From assembly GCA_041640635.1 (NCBI GenBank), contig JBEPZX010000012.1, positions 1 to 40,414 on the forward strand: a DNA stretch of 40,414 bases, in the 5' to 3' direction. Below, piece after piece: positions 8,361 to 18,531 of this stretch. The stretch is from Aquificaceae bacterium (lineage in GTDB: Bacteria; Aquificota; Aquificia; Aquificales; Aquificaceae). Made by a program: the position numbers and the translations under genes. The first letter of the stretch is position 1. Each line of letters starts with the position of its first letter. The notes below the pieces were generated by a model that had not been told where the DNA came from, ran no database searches, and saw only the letters and a list, made by a program, of their open reading frames with translations.

Positions 8361-9008
8361 ATGAACTTAGGCATACTCGTATCCGGCAGAGGATCCAATC
8401 TACAAGCCATAATAGATGCTATAGAAAGCAGAAAATTAGATGCAAATATAAACATTGTTATATCTGACAACGAAAAAGCGCTAGCATTGCAAAGATGTAA
8501 AAAATACAACATAACTTCCAAAGTCATAGAAAGAAAGAATTTTAACACCAAGAAAGAATTTGAGGAAAATATCATAAACGAACTCAAAAGTAGAAATGTA
8601 GAATTGGTTGTTTTGGCAGGGTTTATGAGGATACTTAGCCCTTCATTTATTGCGGCTTTTAAAGATAGGATTATAAATATTCACCCTTCGCTCATACCAG
8701 CCTTTCAGGGTTTACACGCCCAAAAACAAGCGATAGAATACGGAGCTCTTATAACTGGTTGTAGCGTTCATTTTGTAGACGAAACCTTAGATAATGGTCC
8801 TCTGATAGTTCAAGCTTGTGTTCCTGTGCTCTTGGATGATACGCCAGAAAGTATTTCTGAGAGAATACTAAAATACGAACACAAAATCTTACCTCAAGCC
8901 ATCAAATGGATTTCTCAGGGAAGAGTTGAGATTTCTGGGAGAAAGGTTGTAGTAAAAGGTGCTCTTTACGGAACTTTGCCCGTTAACCCACAACTCGAAG
9001 ATTTTTAA
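8361..9008 (+). CDS. purN: Phosphoribosylglycinamide formyltransferase
   Basis: [30 protein letters not shown]...LDNGP. The true start is ATG 8361; the track's 8289 start overlaps panC. Confidence 0.96.
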   Translation: MNLGILVSGRGSNLQAIIDAIESRKLDANINIVISDNEKALALQRCKKYNITSKVIERKNFNTKKEFEENIINELKSRNVELVVLAGFMRILSPSFIAAFKDRIINIHPSLIPAFQGLHAQKQAIEYGALITGCSVHFVDETLDNGPLIVQACVPVLLDDTPESISERILKYEHKILPQAIKWISQGRVEISGRKVVVKGALYGTLPVNPQLEDF

Positions 9009-9010
9009 AA

Positions 9011-9062
9011 TGAGATAAACTGAGATAAGTCATTGAGCAAGTAAAAACTGAGAATTTATAAT
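9011..9062 (+). promoter_or_regulatory. Putative promoter of the ferredoxin gene with upstream direct repeats
   Basis: TTGAGC (9033-9038), 18 nt spacer, TATAAT (9057-9062); TGAGATAA at 9011 and 9021; AGGAGG SD before ATG 9094. Confidence 0.45.
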
Positions 9063-9093
9063 GCTTTAACTAACACTTTTCAGGAGGAAAGAA

Positions 9094-9426
9094 ATGCAGT
9101 TTAGACACGTTTTCGTTTGTGTGAACCAACGACCACCTGGACATCCAATGGGGTCTTGTGCAGATAAAGGTAGTAGGGAAGTTTTCATGAAGTTTCAGGA
9201 AAAGCTGCAAACGGATCCAGAACTTTTCATGAGCACGGCTATAACACCAACAGGTTGTTTGGGTCCATGTGGTATAGGTCCAACAATAGTTGTATATCCT
9301 GATGGTGTATGGTATGGAAACGTTAGCGTCCAAGACGTAGAAGAAATAGTGCAGAAGCACCTAAAAGAAGGGCAACCTGTCGAAAGGTTAGTAGTTTCTC
9401 GTGGTAAACCGCCTGGAATGTTCTAA
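9094..9426 (+). CDS. fdx4: Thioredoxin-like [2Fe-2S] ferredoxin (Aquifex Fdx4 type)
   Basis: HVFVC..RPPGHP.GSC, TPTGCLGPC..GP..VVYPDGVWY and the C-terminal GKPPGMF closely match the Aquifex aeolicus Fdx4 sequence as I recall it. Confidence 0.9.
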   Translation: MQFRHVFVCVNQRPPGHPMGSCADKGSREVFMKFQEKLQTDPELFMSTAITPTGCLGPCGIGPTIVVYPDGVWYGNVSVQDVEEIVQKHLKEGQPVERLVVSRGKPPGMF

Positions 9427-9461
9427 GGGGCATTCCTCGGGCCTTTTGACTTTAAAAGTTC

Positions 9462-9884
9462 TTACCTCTTAATCAAGTAGTCATACACTATCGTGCCGCC
9501 TAATTTACCTTGGTATAAGATTAGTATTGTGCATATTATTAGCAATGCTGTGAATAGCTTTCTTAATGTATTTTGTGAGCTTTCCGAGTGCATTAGAAAA
9601 CGAAGAGTAGCAAGTGTAAAGAAAAGACCATTCAAAGCCAACCCTAAACCCCTGTGTATATGAAACTCCCCTATACCTAAAATTTCCTTACCAAAGCTTG
9701 GATAACTGAAAAAGCCAGTAGATGTCGCAAAAATCACTGCAAAAAAGGAAACATAGGTAAAAAAAGCATGTAAGCCATCTATAGAACGCTTTTTAATCCA
9801 ATAATACACATCTATTATTAGCAATACTACCGGAAAAACTATAGCAAAGTGTACCAAAGCCGCGTGAAGTTTTATCGCATCCAT
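9462..9884 (-). CDS. Four-TM membrane protein, DUF2231-like (His residues possibly binding heme)
   Basis: LHAALVHFAI, HRGLG and C-terminal QGKLGGTIVY are typical of DUF2231; four hydrophobic segments. Confidence 0.75.
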   Translation of the reverse strand: MDAIKLHAALVHFAIVFPVVLLIIDVYYWIKKRSIDGLHAFFTYVSFFAVIFATSTGFFSYPSFGKEILGIGEFHIHRGLGLALNGLFFTLATLRFLMHSESSQNTLRKLFTALLIICTILILYQGKLGGTIVYDYLIKR

Positions 9885-9898
9885 ACAACAAAGCTTAT

Positions 9899-9920
9899 AA
9901 AAACTGGGCCAAAAGGCCCA
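9899..9920 (-). terminator. Rho-independent terminator of the por operon
   Basis: On the minus strand TGGGCC-TTTT-GGCCCA (9920-9905) is followed by GTTTTT, just after the porG stop. Confidence 0.75.
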
Positions 9921-9923
9921 ACA

Positions 9924-10637
9924 TTATACAGTTACCTTCTTGGGTGGCGGAGGTAGGAAAGCTTCTAAACCTTGTTCTTGAGCCCATCTTCTTGCAAATT
10001 CGTAAGCAGATTTAGCTGTATCAAGATTCTTTTGTATTAGCTCCAGTTTCTTTTTGAACTTTCGCTCCAATGCTGAGTCTAATGAGGCTGTACCACCGGA
10101 AGCAACAAACTTCTTGAGAAATCTAGATTTTATTCCTTCTTCTATGGCTTCAAGAGTTACTACTCCTATAGCTCCAAAAAATGCACCAAGCATAGCCATG
10201 TTAGTAGCTAGTTCTGTACCAGCTATATCTATGGCAAACTTAGTAGCGTTAAAGTTTAATACCTTAACATTTAGAGATGCTAAATATTCCTTATCTTCTT
10301 CATTCAGTAGGTCTTCATCGGTATTTATAATTATTAAGCCGTTTTTCTTTATACCAGAATAAAAGGGCATAGTGTAAGATTTACCCATTGTTATAACCTG
10401 TGGATGGAAGACCATAATTACGTCTGGATATACAACCTCTCCTCTATCGAAAATAGGGTCCACACCTATACGAGCATAACTTTCTGCTGGTGCCATTCTC
10501 TTTTCTGCACCAAAGAATGGATTGGATACAGCATAATACCCATCGTAATCTGCAGCAGTAGCTATTATATGAGCAGCTGTAACCGCTCCTTGACCACCTA
10601 AAGCAGGCATTCTTAAGTTAACCCTTCTCCTCATCAT
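9924..10637 (-). CDS. porG: Pyruvate:ferredoxin oxidoreductase gamma subunit
   Basis: GGQGAVTAA, FGAEKR.APAESY, NMAMLGA; last gene of an E-D-A-B-G cluster. Confidence 0.88.
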   Translation of the reverse strand: MMRRRVNLRMPALGGQGAVTAAHIIATAADYDGYYAVSNPFFGAEKRMAPAESYARIGVDPIFDRGEVVYPDVIMVFHPQVITMGKSYTMPFYSGIKKNGLIIINTDEDLLNEEDKEYLASLNVKVLNFNATKFAIDIAGTELATNMAMLGAFFGAIGVVTLEAIEEGIKSRFLKKFVASGGTASLDSALERKFKKKLELIQKNLDTAKSAYEFARRWAQEQGLEAFLPPPPKKVTV

Positions 10638-11494
10638 AATAAACCTTCCTCCTTAACACGTGCTATAACCTCTTCAGCTTCAGGCGTAGTGTATTCAAAG
10701 AAAGCAAACCTTTCTTTATCTCTTGCTCTCATTTCGTCTAATCCATCATCAGAGTTAAGTCCTATTTCCAATATGCATGGTGTGTATAGGTGAACGTATG
10801 TGGGACCTACCTCTCTTGCTATATATATGGCTTTCTTTATAACTTGCTCGACTCTCTTTGGTGAAGACACTGTAAGTCTTGCTACGTAATGACATCCTGA
10901 GTCTATAGCTAACTGCCACATAGGCACCTTGTTCCACTGCTTACCTTTTGGAGCCATTTTAAATACGTGACCTTTGACTGTAAGTCCGCTTTCTTGACCA
11001 CCAGTGTTAGCGTATACTTCGTTATCAAAACAAATAGTAGTTATCTTTTCTTGCCTGAAAAAAGATTGCAGCGTGCAGTCTAAGCCTATATCAACAGTTG
11101 CGCCATCTCCAGCTAATACAACAACATCTTTAACCTTATCTGGAAATCTCCATTCAAGAACTCTCTTTATACCGGAAGCAACAGCGTTTTGATTACCAAA
11201 TAGAGAGTGAACTGTATGGAGAGCTATATGCGGAAAGACTAACGATGTACAACCTGTAGAATTAATTATTATGGTATCTTCTGGAGCTGGTAAAGAAGCC
11301 AAGATGTACCTAAATGCCATGGATTCTGGGCAACCAGCACACAGTGAGTGTTCTTCTATAAGCTCTTTATGGTAAGAAAGATCAAGCACACCACGCTTGG
11401 GATTGTTAAATGTAGACCTAAACTGTAAGTCTCTAATTTCCTGCGGTACAACATCCAAAAGATCTTCGTTTATTTGATAGATCTTAAATGACAT
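10634..11494 (-). CDS. porB: Pyruvate:ferredoxin oxidoreductase beta subunit (TPP-binding)
   Basis: CAGCPE, STGC, GDGATVDIG, DNEVYANTGGQ, TPC. Confidence 0.9.
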   Translation of the reverse strand: MSFKIYQINEDLLDVVPQEIRDLQFRSTFNNPKRGVLDLSYHKELIEEHSLCAGCPESMAFRYILASLPAPEDTIIINSTGCTSLVFPHIALHTVHSLFGNQNAVASGIKRVLEWRFPDKVKDVVVLAGDGATVDIGLDCTLQSFFRQEKITTICFDNEVYANTGGQESGLTVKGHVFKMAPKGKQWNKVPMWQLAIDSGCHYVARLTVSSPKRVEQVIKKAIYIAREVGPTYVHLYTPCILEIGLNSDDGLDEMRARDKERFAFFEYTTPEAEEVIARVKEEGLL

Positions 11495-12689
11495 GCTTTA
11501 CCTCCTTACCTAAATACTGCATGACTTCTTTAACTATAACTTCAGGTGGCATTGTCATCCCACCTGCAACGCGTGTCCCGCCTATTATATCAGCTTGTGA
11601 GTACTTGTAGAGATATCTTCTAACTTCCCTTTCTAACCATCCCACAACGTTAAACTCGGGAACAAATATGGTTTTTACATTCTTTACAGATTCTCTCAAT
11701 TCATGTATTGGGAAAGGTCTGACGGTTTTTAATTTGACAACCTTAGCCTTTATTCCTTCGTCCTCCAGTAGCCTTACCGCTTCCTTAGCTTGGGCGGCAG
11801 CAGTTCCGACAGTAACAAAAGCAATTTCAGCTTCTGGATCGCCAAACTCTTCTATGAGACCTCTAAGGTAGTGTTTAGCAAAAGGTCTTGATCTTTCTAT
11901 TGCAGCCCTTACTTCCCATTGCCAGCTTGCATGTGTTGCATAAGAGATGTAGTTGGATTTCATAACAAAGGGGTCTCTCATATACCTTCCAGGTGGAACC
12001 TCCGCATCTATCACAGGTAAAGGAGCTCTGTAAGGATTGTATGGAGGAAGGGCTATATCATCTGGGGGTAACATTATAGCTTCTCTAGTATGGGATACAA
12101 AGAATCCATCCACCACCGTAACTACAGGTACGTGCACGCTAGGTTGTTCTGCAACAACAAAGCCTGCCAAAATCATATCAAAAAGCTCTTGAACATTTTC
12201 CGCATACCATATCATACATCCTGTATCCAAAAGAAAAGAAACCTCTAAGTTATCTGGCTGTATGCTAAGGGGAGTGTTAACACCACGTGCCATAAGTATT
12301 AGTTGTACAGGTATTCTTGTTCCTGCCCACATTGGGAAGTTCTCCATAGCTCTGAGGGTTCCAGGTCCAGATGTGGTAGTTATACTTCTTGCACCTGCTA
12401 GAGCACAACCTGCTAATTCAGACATAACACCAAATTCGGATTCACCTCTGAAGTATACACCCACGTAACCTTCTGCCCAAAGTTCACCAATTAGGTGTGC
12501 CGCTTCGGATTGAGGAGTTATTGGGTAAGAAACAGAGGCGTCTACAGATGCTCTTTTTACAGCCTCTTTAACCGCTTCTGATCCCGTCATAAAGTGTTTT
12601 GTCCTTGGAGCTTCAAAGAGTAAATAATCTGGGGACACAATCCTTTGCCCCGCTCTATTATATTGAACTTGTTCTGTGGTTGTTTTCAT
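11484..12689 (-). CDS. porA: Pyruvate:ferredoxin oxidoreductase alpha subunit
   Basis: YPITPQSE, ESEFG, TTTSGPG, DGFFVSHT, RPFP. Confidence 0.9.
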   Translation of the reverse strand: MKTTTEQVQYNRAGQRIVSPDYLLFEAPRTKHFMTGSEAVKEAVKRASVDASVSYPITPQSEAAHLIGELWAEGYVGVYFRGESEFGVMSELAGCALAGARSITTTSGPGTLRAMENFPMWAGTRIPVQLILMARGVNTPLSIQPDNLEVSFLLDTGCMIWYAENVQELFDMILAGFVVAEQPSVHVPVVTVVDGFFVSHTREAIMLPPDDIALPPYNPYRAPLPVIDAEVPPGRYMRDPFVMKSNYISYATHASWQWEVRAAIERSRPFAKHYLRGLIEEFGDPEAEIAFVTVGTAAAQAKEAVRLLEDEGIKAKVVKLKTVRPFPIHELRESVKNVKTIFVPEFNVVGWLEREVRRYLYKYSQADIIGGTRVAGGMTMPPEVIVKEVMQYLGKEVKHVI

Positions 12690-12703
12690 AATACACCTCC
12701 TTG

Positions 12704-13273
12704 TTATTTACCAAGTTCTTTTTTTACTTGCTCAGCTATTTTTATAAACTTCTCTAGATCTTCCACATGCTGATCTCTCAATGTGATCATAGCATCTTCG
12801 TGACCATCCATACTGCACATTGCTATAGTAAAGCAATCAGTTTCAGCTCTTATTATCTTAAGTGCAACATTAGCATAATGGCAGTGAACACCTATAAATA
12901 TGCAAGCTTTTATCTTGTTGTGCCATATGGTTAAGTTAGGATGGTTAGGATTTATTTCGACTTCTGGGTTAATTTTTGGATACTTTGGTCTATAATCATA
13001 CATAGGTATAATTTTTGCTCCTAAAACTTGTGCCATCTCTCTGACCAGCTTTGCCTTTTCCTTCGCATCTTCATTCCACGCATAGAGAACTTGAGGACCT
13101 GGGAAAATAGTAGGATTAGGTCTAGTCAACATAGCTTTTGCTGCTTCGCGCATTGCCAACTCTTCATCAACTAATTCATTAAATAAAAGGGCTTTACCTT
13201 GTGGTGGGTTTAAGACTTCTTCATATATAGCTACAGGATATGGAGAAAATCCTGAAGGTCCAAGATTTGCCAT
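12704..13273 (-). CDS. porD: Pyruvate:ferredoxin oxidoreductase delta subunit (Aquificae five-subunit type)
   Basis: Lies between the ferredoxin-like porE and porA; PTIFPGP, YPKINP..EINPNHPNLTIWH, GVHCH; strong SD. Confidence 0.82.
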   Translation of the reverse strand: MANLGPSGFSPYPVAIYEEVLNPPQGKALLFNELVDEELAMREAAKAMLTRPNPTIFPGPQVLYAWNEDAKEKAKLVREMAQVLGAKIIPMYDYRPKYPKINPEVEINPNHPNLTIWHNKIKACIFIGVHCHYANVALKIIRAETDCFTIAMCSMDGHEDAMITLRDQHVEDLEKFIKIAEQVKKELGK

Positions 13274-13285
13274 ATTACACCTCCG

Positions 13286-13516
13286 TTATTTACTTGCATG
13301 AACTTCTGGCATCACCATATTTATGGCATTTCTTTTTAAAAGGTTAGAACAAACATAAACGCATAGCGCACATCCTTTACATCTTTCGGATATCACGTAA
13401 GCATGGTGTTCATTATCGGAATACATTAAAGTATTTGGTTCAGGACAAAACAAGGTGCACTGCTTACAGTTGTATTTGCTGCATTCCTCATTTATAACCT
13501 GGGCTACATAATACAT
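13286..13516 (-). CDS. porE: Pyruvate:ferredoxin oxidoreductase epsilon subunit (ferredoxin-like, two Cys clusters)
   Basis: CSKYNCKQCTLFCP and CKGCALCVYVC; first gene of the operon; AGAGGAGG SD. Confidence 0.85.
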   Translation of the reverse strand: MYYVAQVINEECSKYNCKQCTLFCPEPNTLMYSDNEHHAYVISERCKGCALCVYVCSNLLKRNAINMVMPEVHASK

Positions 13517-13547
13517 ACTTTGCCTCCTCTAAAAGCTTTGTTCAATT

Positions 13548-13576
13548 AAATTAAATCAATATTTTGTAAAAGTCAA
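13548..13576 (-). promoter_or_regulatory. Putative sigma70 promoter of porEDABG
   Basis: TTGACT (13576-13571), 17 nt spacer, TAATTT (13553-13548). Confidence 0.55.
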
Positions 13577-13625
13577 CAAGGAAAAATAGGAGATTTGTCA
13601 GTGATTTTCTATAATAATTTTTTAA

Positions 13626-14408
13626 ATGATCAAGATTTGTACATATAATGTAAACTCCATTAGGGCAAGGAAGGAACTCCTATTGAACTGGCTTGAAAAG
13701 GAAAATGTGGATATACTGTGCTTACAAGAGATAAAAGTGGAAGAAAAGGATTTTCCTTTCTTGGAACTAAATGCCTTAGGTTATAAATGTTACATAAAAG
13801 GGCAAAAAACTTACAATGGTGTAGCAATATGCTCCAAATTTCATTTAGAAGAAATTATCAATAAGACCAATTTAGAAATCCTAGATAAAGAAAGTAGGAT
13901 AATAATAGGAAAGCTAAAGGATACTTGGATAATAAACACCTACTTTCCACATGGTGACATAAGAGGGACAGAAAAGTTTTACTTTAAACTAAGTTTCTAT
14001 CAGGCTTTTCTTGAATTTATAGGATCCAATTTTACTCCAGAAGACAAGATCGTTCTTCTAGGTGATATGAACGTAGCCATTGAGGATATAGATGTTTTTG
14101 ATCCTATATTGTTAAAGGATACTATAGGTACAATGCCTGAAGAAAGAAACGCACTGAAGAATATTCTAAATTGGGGGTTTGTAGATGCTTTTAGATTTTT
14201 GTACCCAACAAAAAAACATTTTACTTGGTGGGATTACATAGGTGGTATGGTTTGGAAAGATAAAGGTATGAGGATAGATTACATCTTAATAACCAAACCT
14301 TTGATAAAAGGGCTTAAAGATGTTTATGTAGATATGTGGGCAAGAAAACGTAGAACACCAAAGCCTTCCGACCATGCTCCAGTGATTGCATTATTTCAGA
14401 GTTTGTAA
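13626..14408 (+). CDS. xth: Exodeoxyribonuclease III (AP endonuclease)
   Basis: TYNVNSIRAR, LQEIK, YNGVAI, GDMNVA, FTWWDY, GMRIDY, PSDHAP. Confidence 0.95.
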   Translation: MIKICTYNVNSIRARKELLLNWLEKENVDILCLQEIKVEEKDFPFLELNALGYKCYIKGQKTYNGVAICSKFHLEEIINKTNLEILDKESRIIIGKLKDTWIINTYFPHGDIRGTEKFYFKLSFYQAFLEFIGSNFTPEDKIVLLGDMNVAIEDIDVFDPILLKDTIGTMPEERNALKNILNWGFVDAFRFLYPTKKHFTWWDYIGGMVWKDKGMRIDYILITKPLIKGLKDVYVDMWARKRRTPKPSDHAPVIALFQSL

Positions 14409-14488
14409 AGCAATGCGGCAAAGATAACTTTTACAATTATTAGCTAGAAAATAATAAATAAGACTTCCCTACGCATAAAAACGCACGT

Positions 14489-16261
14489 TTAAGATATCTC
14501 CTTTTGTATACCTTCTGCATATATACGTTCCATTATTCTTCTAGCTATTGGTGCAGCAACTGCTCCTCCTGAACCACCATGCTCTACTATAACACCAATT
14601 ATGAACAAAGGATCTCGATAAGGTGCAAATCCTACAAACCAAGCGTGATCTCTTAGATAATATGGTAGATTTTTACGTCCACTACTTACACTAGCTACCT
14701 GAGCTGTTCCTGTTTTTCCTGCGATTTCCACAATGTGCGAGTTAGCACTAACAGCTGTGCCTTTCCTAACAGTATCACGTAAAGCCTCTCTTACTATGGC
14801 AAAATACTCCTGTGGAGCATTAAAAACACTATACACCTTTTTGTTATTTTTCATAATAACCTGCCCATCTGGATTACGTATTTCTCTAATGATAGTAGGT
14901 CTATACATAACTCCGTTATTAGCGATACCCATCATCATAACAGTTTGTTCCATAAGTGTTGATTTTATAAATCCTTGCCCGATAGACATATTTACTGTAT
15001 CTCCACCATACCAACTTGTTTTTAGAACCTTTTTTTTCCATTCAGGTGTAGGTATAAAGCCTCTTTTGAGTGGTAGTTCAAATGGTATATTCTGTGCATA
15101 CGAAAAGGCTCTTAACGTACCTTCTATTCCTTTGTAACCAAGCTTATAGTAGCCAAAGTGATAAAAGTAAGTATCACAGGAATCATATATTGCTTTCTTA
15201 ATATCTACCCTTCCATGTCCATTTCTATTCCAACAATAGAAATACCTCTTACCAAGATAAAACTTACCTTCACATACAACGGATTCTTTTTGAGAAACTC
15301 CATTCACCAACAGAGAAATTGCCAAGGCAGGTTTTATGACAGAGGCTGGCGGATACTTACCCAGTAATGCTCTGTTAAAGAGAGGTCTGTACTCGTCTTT
15401 ATTGTAGTTTTCCCATTCCTCCTTTATTTTATTAGGATCAAAACATGGATAGCTAAGAAGACCTAGCACCTCTCCTGTCTTTGCATGCATAACAATTACA
15501 GCTCCAGCTTTGTGTTTTGATTCCCTAAAAACTTCAAAAATTATCTTCTGTATTCTTAAGTCTATGCTTAGCACTACTGTATTTCCATTTTGAGGTTTAT
15601 TTATTCCTAAGTTTTTTACAGGTCTTCCTACCGCGTCTACCATTATATCTTCCCTTCCTACGACACCCAACAAAAAATCATCAAAAGCTTTCTCTATTCC
15701 TGTCAGTCCTATTAAACTTTCATGGGCTATTCTATCTTTGTATTTGGCTAATTCTTTATCTGTTGGTAATCCTACGTAACCTGTAATATGCGAGCATGCC
15801 TCTCCATAGGGATAAAACCTCTGAGGAACTATATTTATATAAACTCCTGGAATTCTAAAAGCGTTGTTGTAAAATTTGTCCAACTCTTCCTGAGAATCTA
15901 AGCTTTTTATGTATATAGCTTCGTATCCCTTTAACCTACTTTTGAGTTTTTCTTCGTCTAAATCTAAGCCATAAAGTTCGTTAAGTACTTTTATTGTATT
16001 TTTCAAACCTTCTATATCTTCTATCTTCTGCGGATCCATAAAAAGGATATACTTTGGAATATCAAAAGCTATCTTTTCACCCTTTCTATCCAAAACGTCT
16101 CCCCTCTTTGGATACAATATCCTACTTCTTACATAGTTTTTTTTCGATAGTTCACTAAAATACCTCCTCTTAAAAACTTGCATATACAAAAGCCTAAAAA
16201 GAAGAACCATGTAAAGGATTACTCCAAATAGTAAGAGGAATAGAAATCTACGTCTGTTCAT
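14489..16261 (-). CDS. mrdA: Penicillin-binding protein 2
   Basis: N-terminal TM, RG...DR.G, SVIK (SxxK), SCD, KTGTAQ, DHAWF; downstream of mreBCD. Confidence 0.93.
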   Translation of the reverse strand: MNRRRFLFLLLFGVILYMVLLFRLLYMQVFKRRYFSELSKKNYVRSRILYPKRGDVLDRKGEKIAFDIPKYILFMDPQKIEDIEGLKNTIKVLNELYGLDLDEEKLKSRLKGYEAIYIKSLDSQEELDKFYNNAFRIPGVYINIVPQRFYPYGEACSHITGYVGLPTDKELAKYKDRIAHESLIGLTGIEKAFDDFLLGVVGREDIMVDAVGRPVKNLGINKPQNGNTVVLSIDLRIQKIIFEVFRESKHKAGAVIVMHAKTGEVLGLLSYPCFDPNKIKEEWENYNKDEYRPLFNRALLGKYPPASVIKPALAISLLVNGVSQKESVVCEGKFYLGKRYFYCWNRNGHGRVDIKKAIYDSCDTYFYHFGYYKLGYKGIEGTLRAFSYAQNIPFELPLKRGFIPTPEWKKKVLKTSWYGGDTVNMSIGQGFIKSTLMEQTVMMMGIANNGVMYRPTIIREIRNPDGQVIMKNNKKVYSVFNAPQEYFAIVREALRDTVRKGTAVSANSHIVEIAGKTGTAQVASVSSGRKNLPYYLRDHAWFVGFAPYRDPLFIIGVIVEHGGSGGAVAAPIARRIMERIYAEGIQKEIS

Positions 16262-16703
16262 TTTGCGTAATTATATGTCTACTTAATATAACCATTGCTA
16301 CGGTTTGAAAAATTAAACACAATATCAAGTTAATGGGTTCAAAAGGATAGTAATACTTAATTCTAAAAAGTAAGTACTTAAACATATGCTCTATAATAAA
16401 TACTATTAATGATAAGAGGATCAAGGCTCCTTTTGTTGTTATTATATATTTCTTCTTAAATGCATGAACGACAAAAAATACTAAAAGCTTACTAGATATG
16501 TTTAGACCTATAGAATCGTAAAGTAAGTCAAGAATAAAAGCTGGAATTAAGACTTTTTTTAAATCTGTGTCTTGGTTTTTCAACAATGTGTAAAGCATGG
16601 CAACTGTAACAAAGTCAGGAGTGTAAAGGTATCCAGAAAATATGGGTAATAGTAAGAAGGTCTGTATAAAGGCAAGAATAAATGTGTATATGTAAAAACT
16701 CAT
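16248..16703 (-). CDS. mreD: Rod shape-determining protein MreD (divergent)
   Basis: Highly hydrophobic 151 aa with a PDF motif, located between mreC and mrdA. Confidence 0.7.
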   Translation of the reverse strand: MSFYIYTFILAFIQTFLLLPIFSGYLYTPDFVTVAMLYTLLKNQDTDLKKVLIPAFILDLLYDSIGLNISSKLLVFFVVHAFKKKYIITTKGALILLSLIVFIIEHMFKYLLFRIKYYYPFEPINLILCLIFQTVAMVILSRHIITQNEQT

Positions 16704-17497
16704 GGTTTAGAGCTAAGTATAGAAACGTACTCCAATTTCCTTATGTCTACACTTGGCTTTACATAAACTCTTTTAAAAAAATCCCCTTTCACATCATCTA
16801 CTCTAGATACCCGACCTATTAAAAAAGCCGGTAGTTTCTCTTTAATTCCTCTAATTACTACATAAGAATCTGAATTTATATCATCTTCGTACGATACATG
16901 AAGAAGTTGTCCCTCTTTCCATCCTCCTTTGTATATGTAATTTTTACTATAGTCCAATAAAGTTGCAGACAGAGTGAATCTATCTGAGTATACAGTCAAT
17001 ACGATCGATGACATAGGTAGTACTTTTTCTACTACACCCACCAAATTCTGGTTGGAAAAGACCAAAAAACCCTCCTTCACGTTTTCATCCCTTCCCTTAT
17101 TTATAAGAATAAATTCATCCTTACCTTTTAAGTCGTATCCTATTATTTTAGCATTTATGATTTTGTAACCTTGCGTAGTTATATCCTTAACACCCAAATC
17201 ATTGGAAATTTTAACCAAGGAAATTTCACATGATTTGTACATAGATCTGTATAATTCTAGTTCTTCTATCTTTTTCGATAGTTCTAAGTTGTTTTTTTGA
17301 ACATTTACAAGGAAAATATACGTTTTCATCCCCTCTTCTACATACTCTTGAAGATCTGCTTTTGCTTGATATAGGGGTAGTAATAAATTGAAAAAGAGTT
17401 GAGTAATTGGACGAATATATACACTAGAAGATACATCTGTGACGTATAAAGAAATAGAGAGAAGGAACATAAAAATAAGAGTTAAGTTTTTTTTCAT
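16700..17497 (-). CDS. mreC: Rod shape-determining protein MreC
   Basis: TM, coiled coil, then INKG...V..G, LVGVV, IGRV, VKP; follows mreB. Confidence 0.88.
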   Translation of the reverse strand: MKKNLTLIFMFLLSISLYVTDVSSSVYIRPITQLFFNLLLPLYQAKADLQEYVEEGMKTYIFLVNVQKNNLELSKKIEELELYRSMYKSCEISLVKISNDLGVKDITTQGYKIINAKIIGYDLKGKDEFILINKGRDENVKEGFLVFSNQNLVGVVEKVLPMSSIVLTVYSDRFTLSATLLDYSKNYIYKGGWKEGQLLHVSYEDDINSDSYVVIRGIKEKLPAFLIGRVSRVDDVKGDFFKRVYVKPSVDIRKLEYVSILSSKP

Positions 17498-18531
17498 TCC
17501 ATAGAAACTTTTTTGAGAATATCTATCTTATCGAGAATTTTACCGACACCTCTTGCAACAGCTGTTAAAGGATCGTCACAATAATAAGTTCTTATTCCCG
17601 TTTCCATTTGTATCCTGGAATCTAAACCTTTCAAAAGAGAGCCACCTCCAGCCAAGACAATACCATTTTCTGCAATATCAGATGCCAATTCAGGTGGTGT
17701 CTTCTCAAGTGTAGATTTTATAGCATTTATTATGCTATTTACTACATCCTCTAATGCTTCAGTTATATCATGATTGGACACCTCTATTTTCTTAGGCAAA
17801 CCTGTTACATCTCTACCTTTAACTTGCATAACACTATCTTTCTCCTCTCTTATTGCACTTCCTAAGGCTATCTTTATTTTTTCCGCTGTTTGCTCACCAA
17901 TGAATAAATGAAATTTTTTCTTAATATACTGAGCTATAGCTTCTGTCATTTCATCCCCTGCTACCCTTACAGAATTAGATGTCACTATACCAGATAACGA
18001 TATAACAGCTATTTCCGATGTACCTCCACCTATATCAACTATCATGCTCCCTATGGGTTCATCTATGGGCAAACCCGCCCCAATAGCCGCCGCCATAGGC
18101 TCAGCTACAAGGTATACCTCTCTTGCTCCTGCACCTTTTGCTGCATCTATTACTGCTCTCTTTTCTACCTGTGTTACTCCAGATGGTACGCCTATTACTA
18201 CCCTAGGACGAGCTTTAAATATTCCAGTACCTATAGCCTTGTTGATAAAGTGGGAAAGCATAACTTGCGTAGATTCAAAATCCGTTATTACTCCGTCCCT
18301 TAATGGTCTTATAACGCTTATGCTCTCTGGAGCTTTACCTAGCATCTCTTTTGCATCTTTACCTACAGCTATCACTTTTCTTGTTCGATTGTCTATCGCT
18401 ACTACAGATGGTTCTGAAAGAATTATTCCCTTATTCCTTGCAAATACTATGGTATTTGCCGTACCTAAGTCTATTGCTATGTCATTGGATATAATACCCA
18501 AAATGTTTGATAATTTATGTAACAATCCCAT
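17494..18531 (-). CDS. mreB: Rod shape-determining protein MreB
   Basis: DLGTANT, EPSVVA, RPLRDGVI, EPMAAAIGAG, DIGGGTSE, LAGGGSLL. Confidence 0.97.
   Translation of the reverse strand: MGLLHKLSNILGIISNDIAIDLGTANTIVFARNKGIILSEPSVVAIDNRTRKVIAVGKDAKEMLGKAPESISVIRPLRDGVITDFESTQVMLSHFINKAIGTGIFKARPRVVIGVPSGVTQVEKRAVIDAAKGAGAREVYLVAEPMAAAIGAGLPIDEPIGSMIVDIGGGTSEIAVISLSGIVTSNSVRVAGDEMTEAIAQYIKKKFHLFIGEQTAEKIKIALGSAIREEKDSVMQVKGRDVTGLPKKIEVSNHDITEALEDVVNSIINAIKSTLEKTPPELASDIAENGIVLAGGGSLLKGLDSRIQMETGIRTYYCDDPLTAVARGVGKILDKIDILKKVSME

Noticed and set aside
14396..14476. Hydrophobic mini-ORF after mrdA, MRREVLFIIF*LIIVKVIFAALLYKL, with in-frame TAG (possible readthrough peptide or remnant)
   Set aside because: No SD, an internal stop, and T-rich DNA yields hydrophobic codons by chance. 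No evidence of amber recoding, since TAG ends normal genes here.
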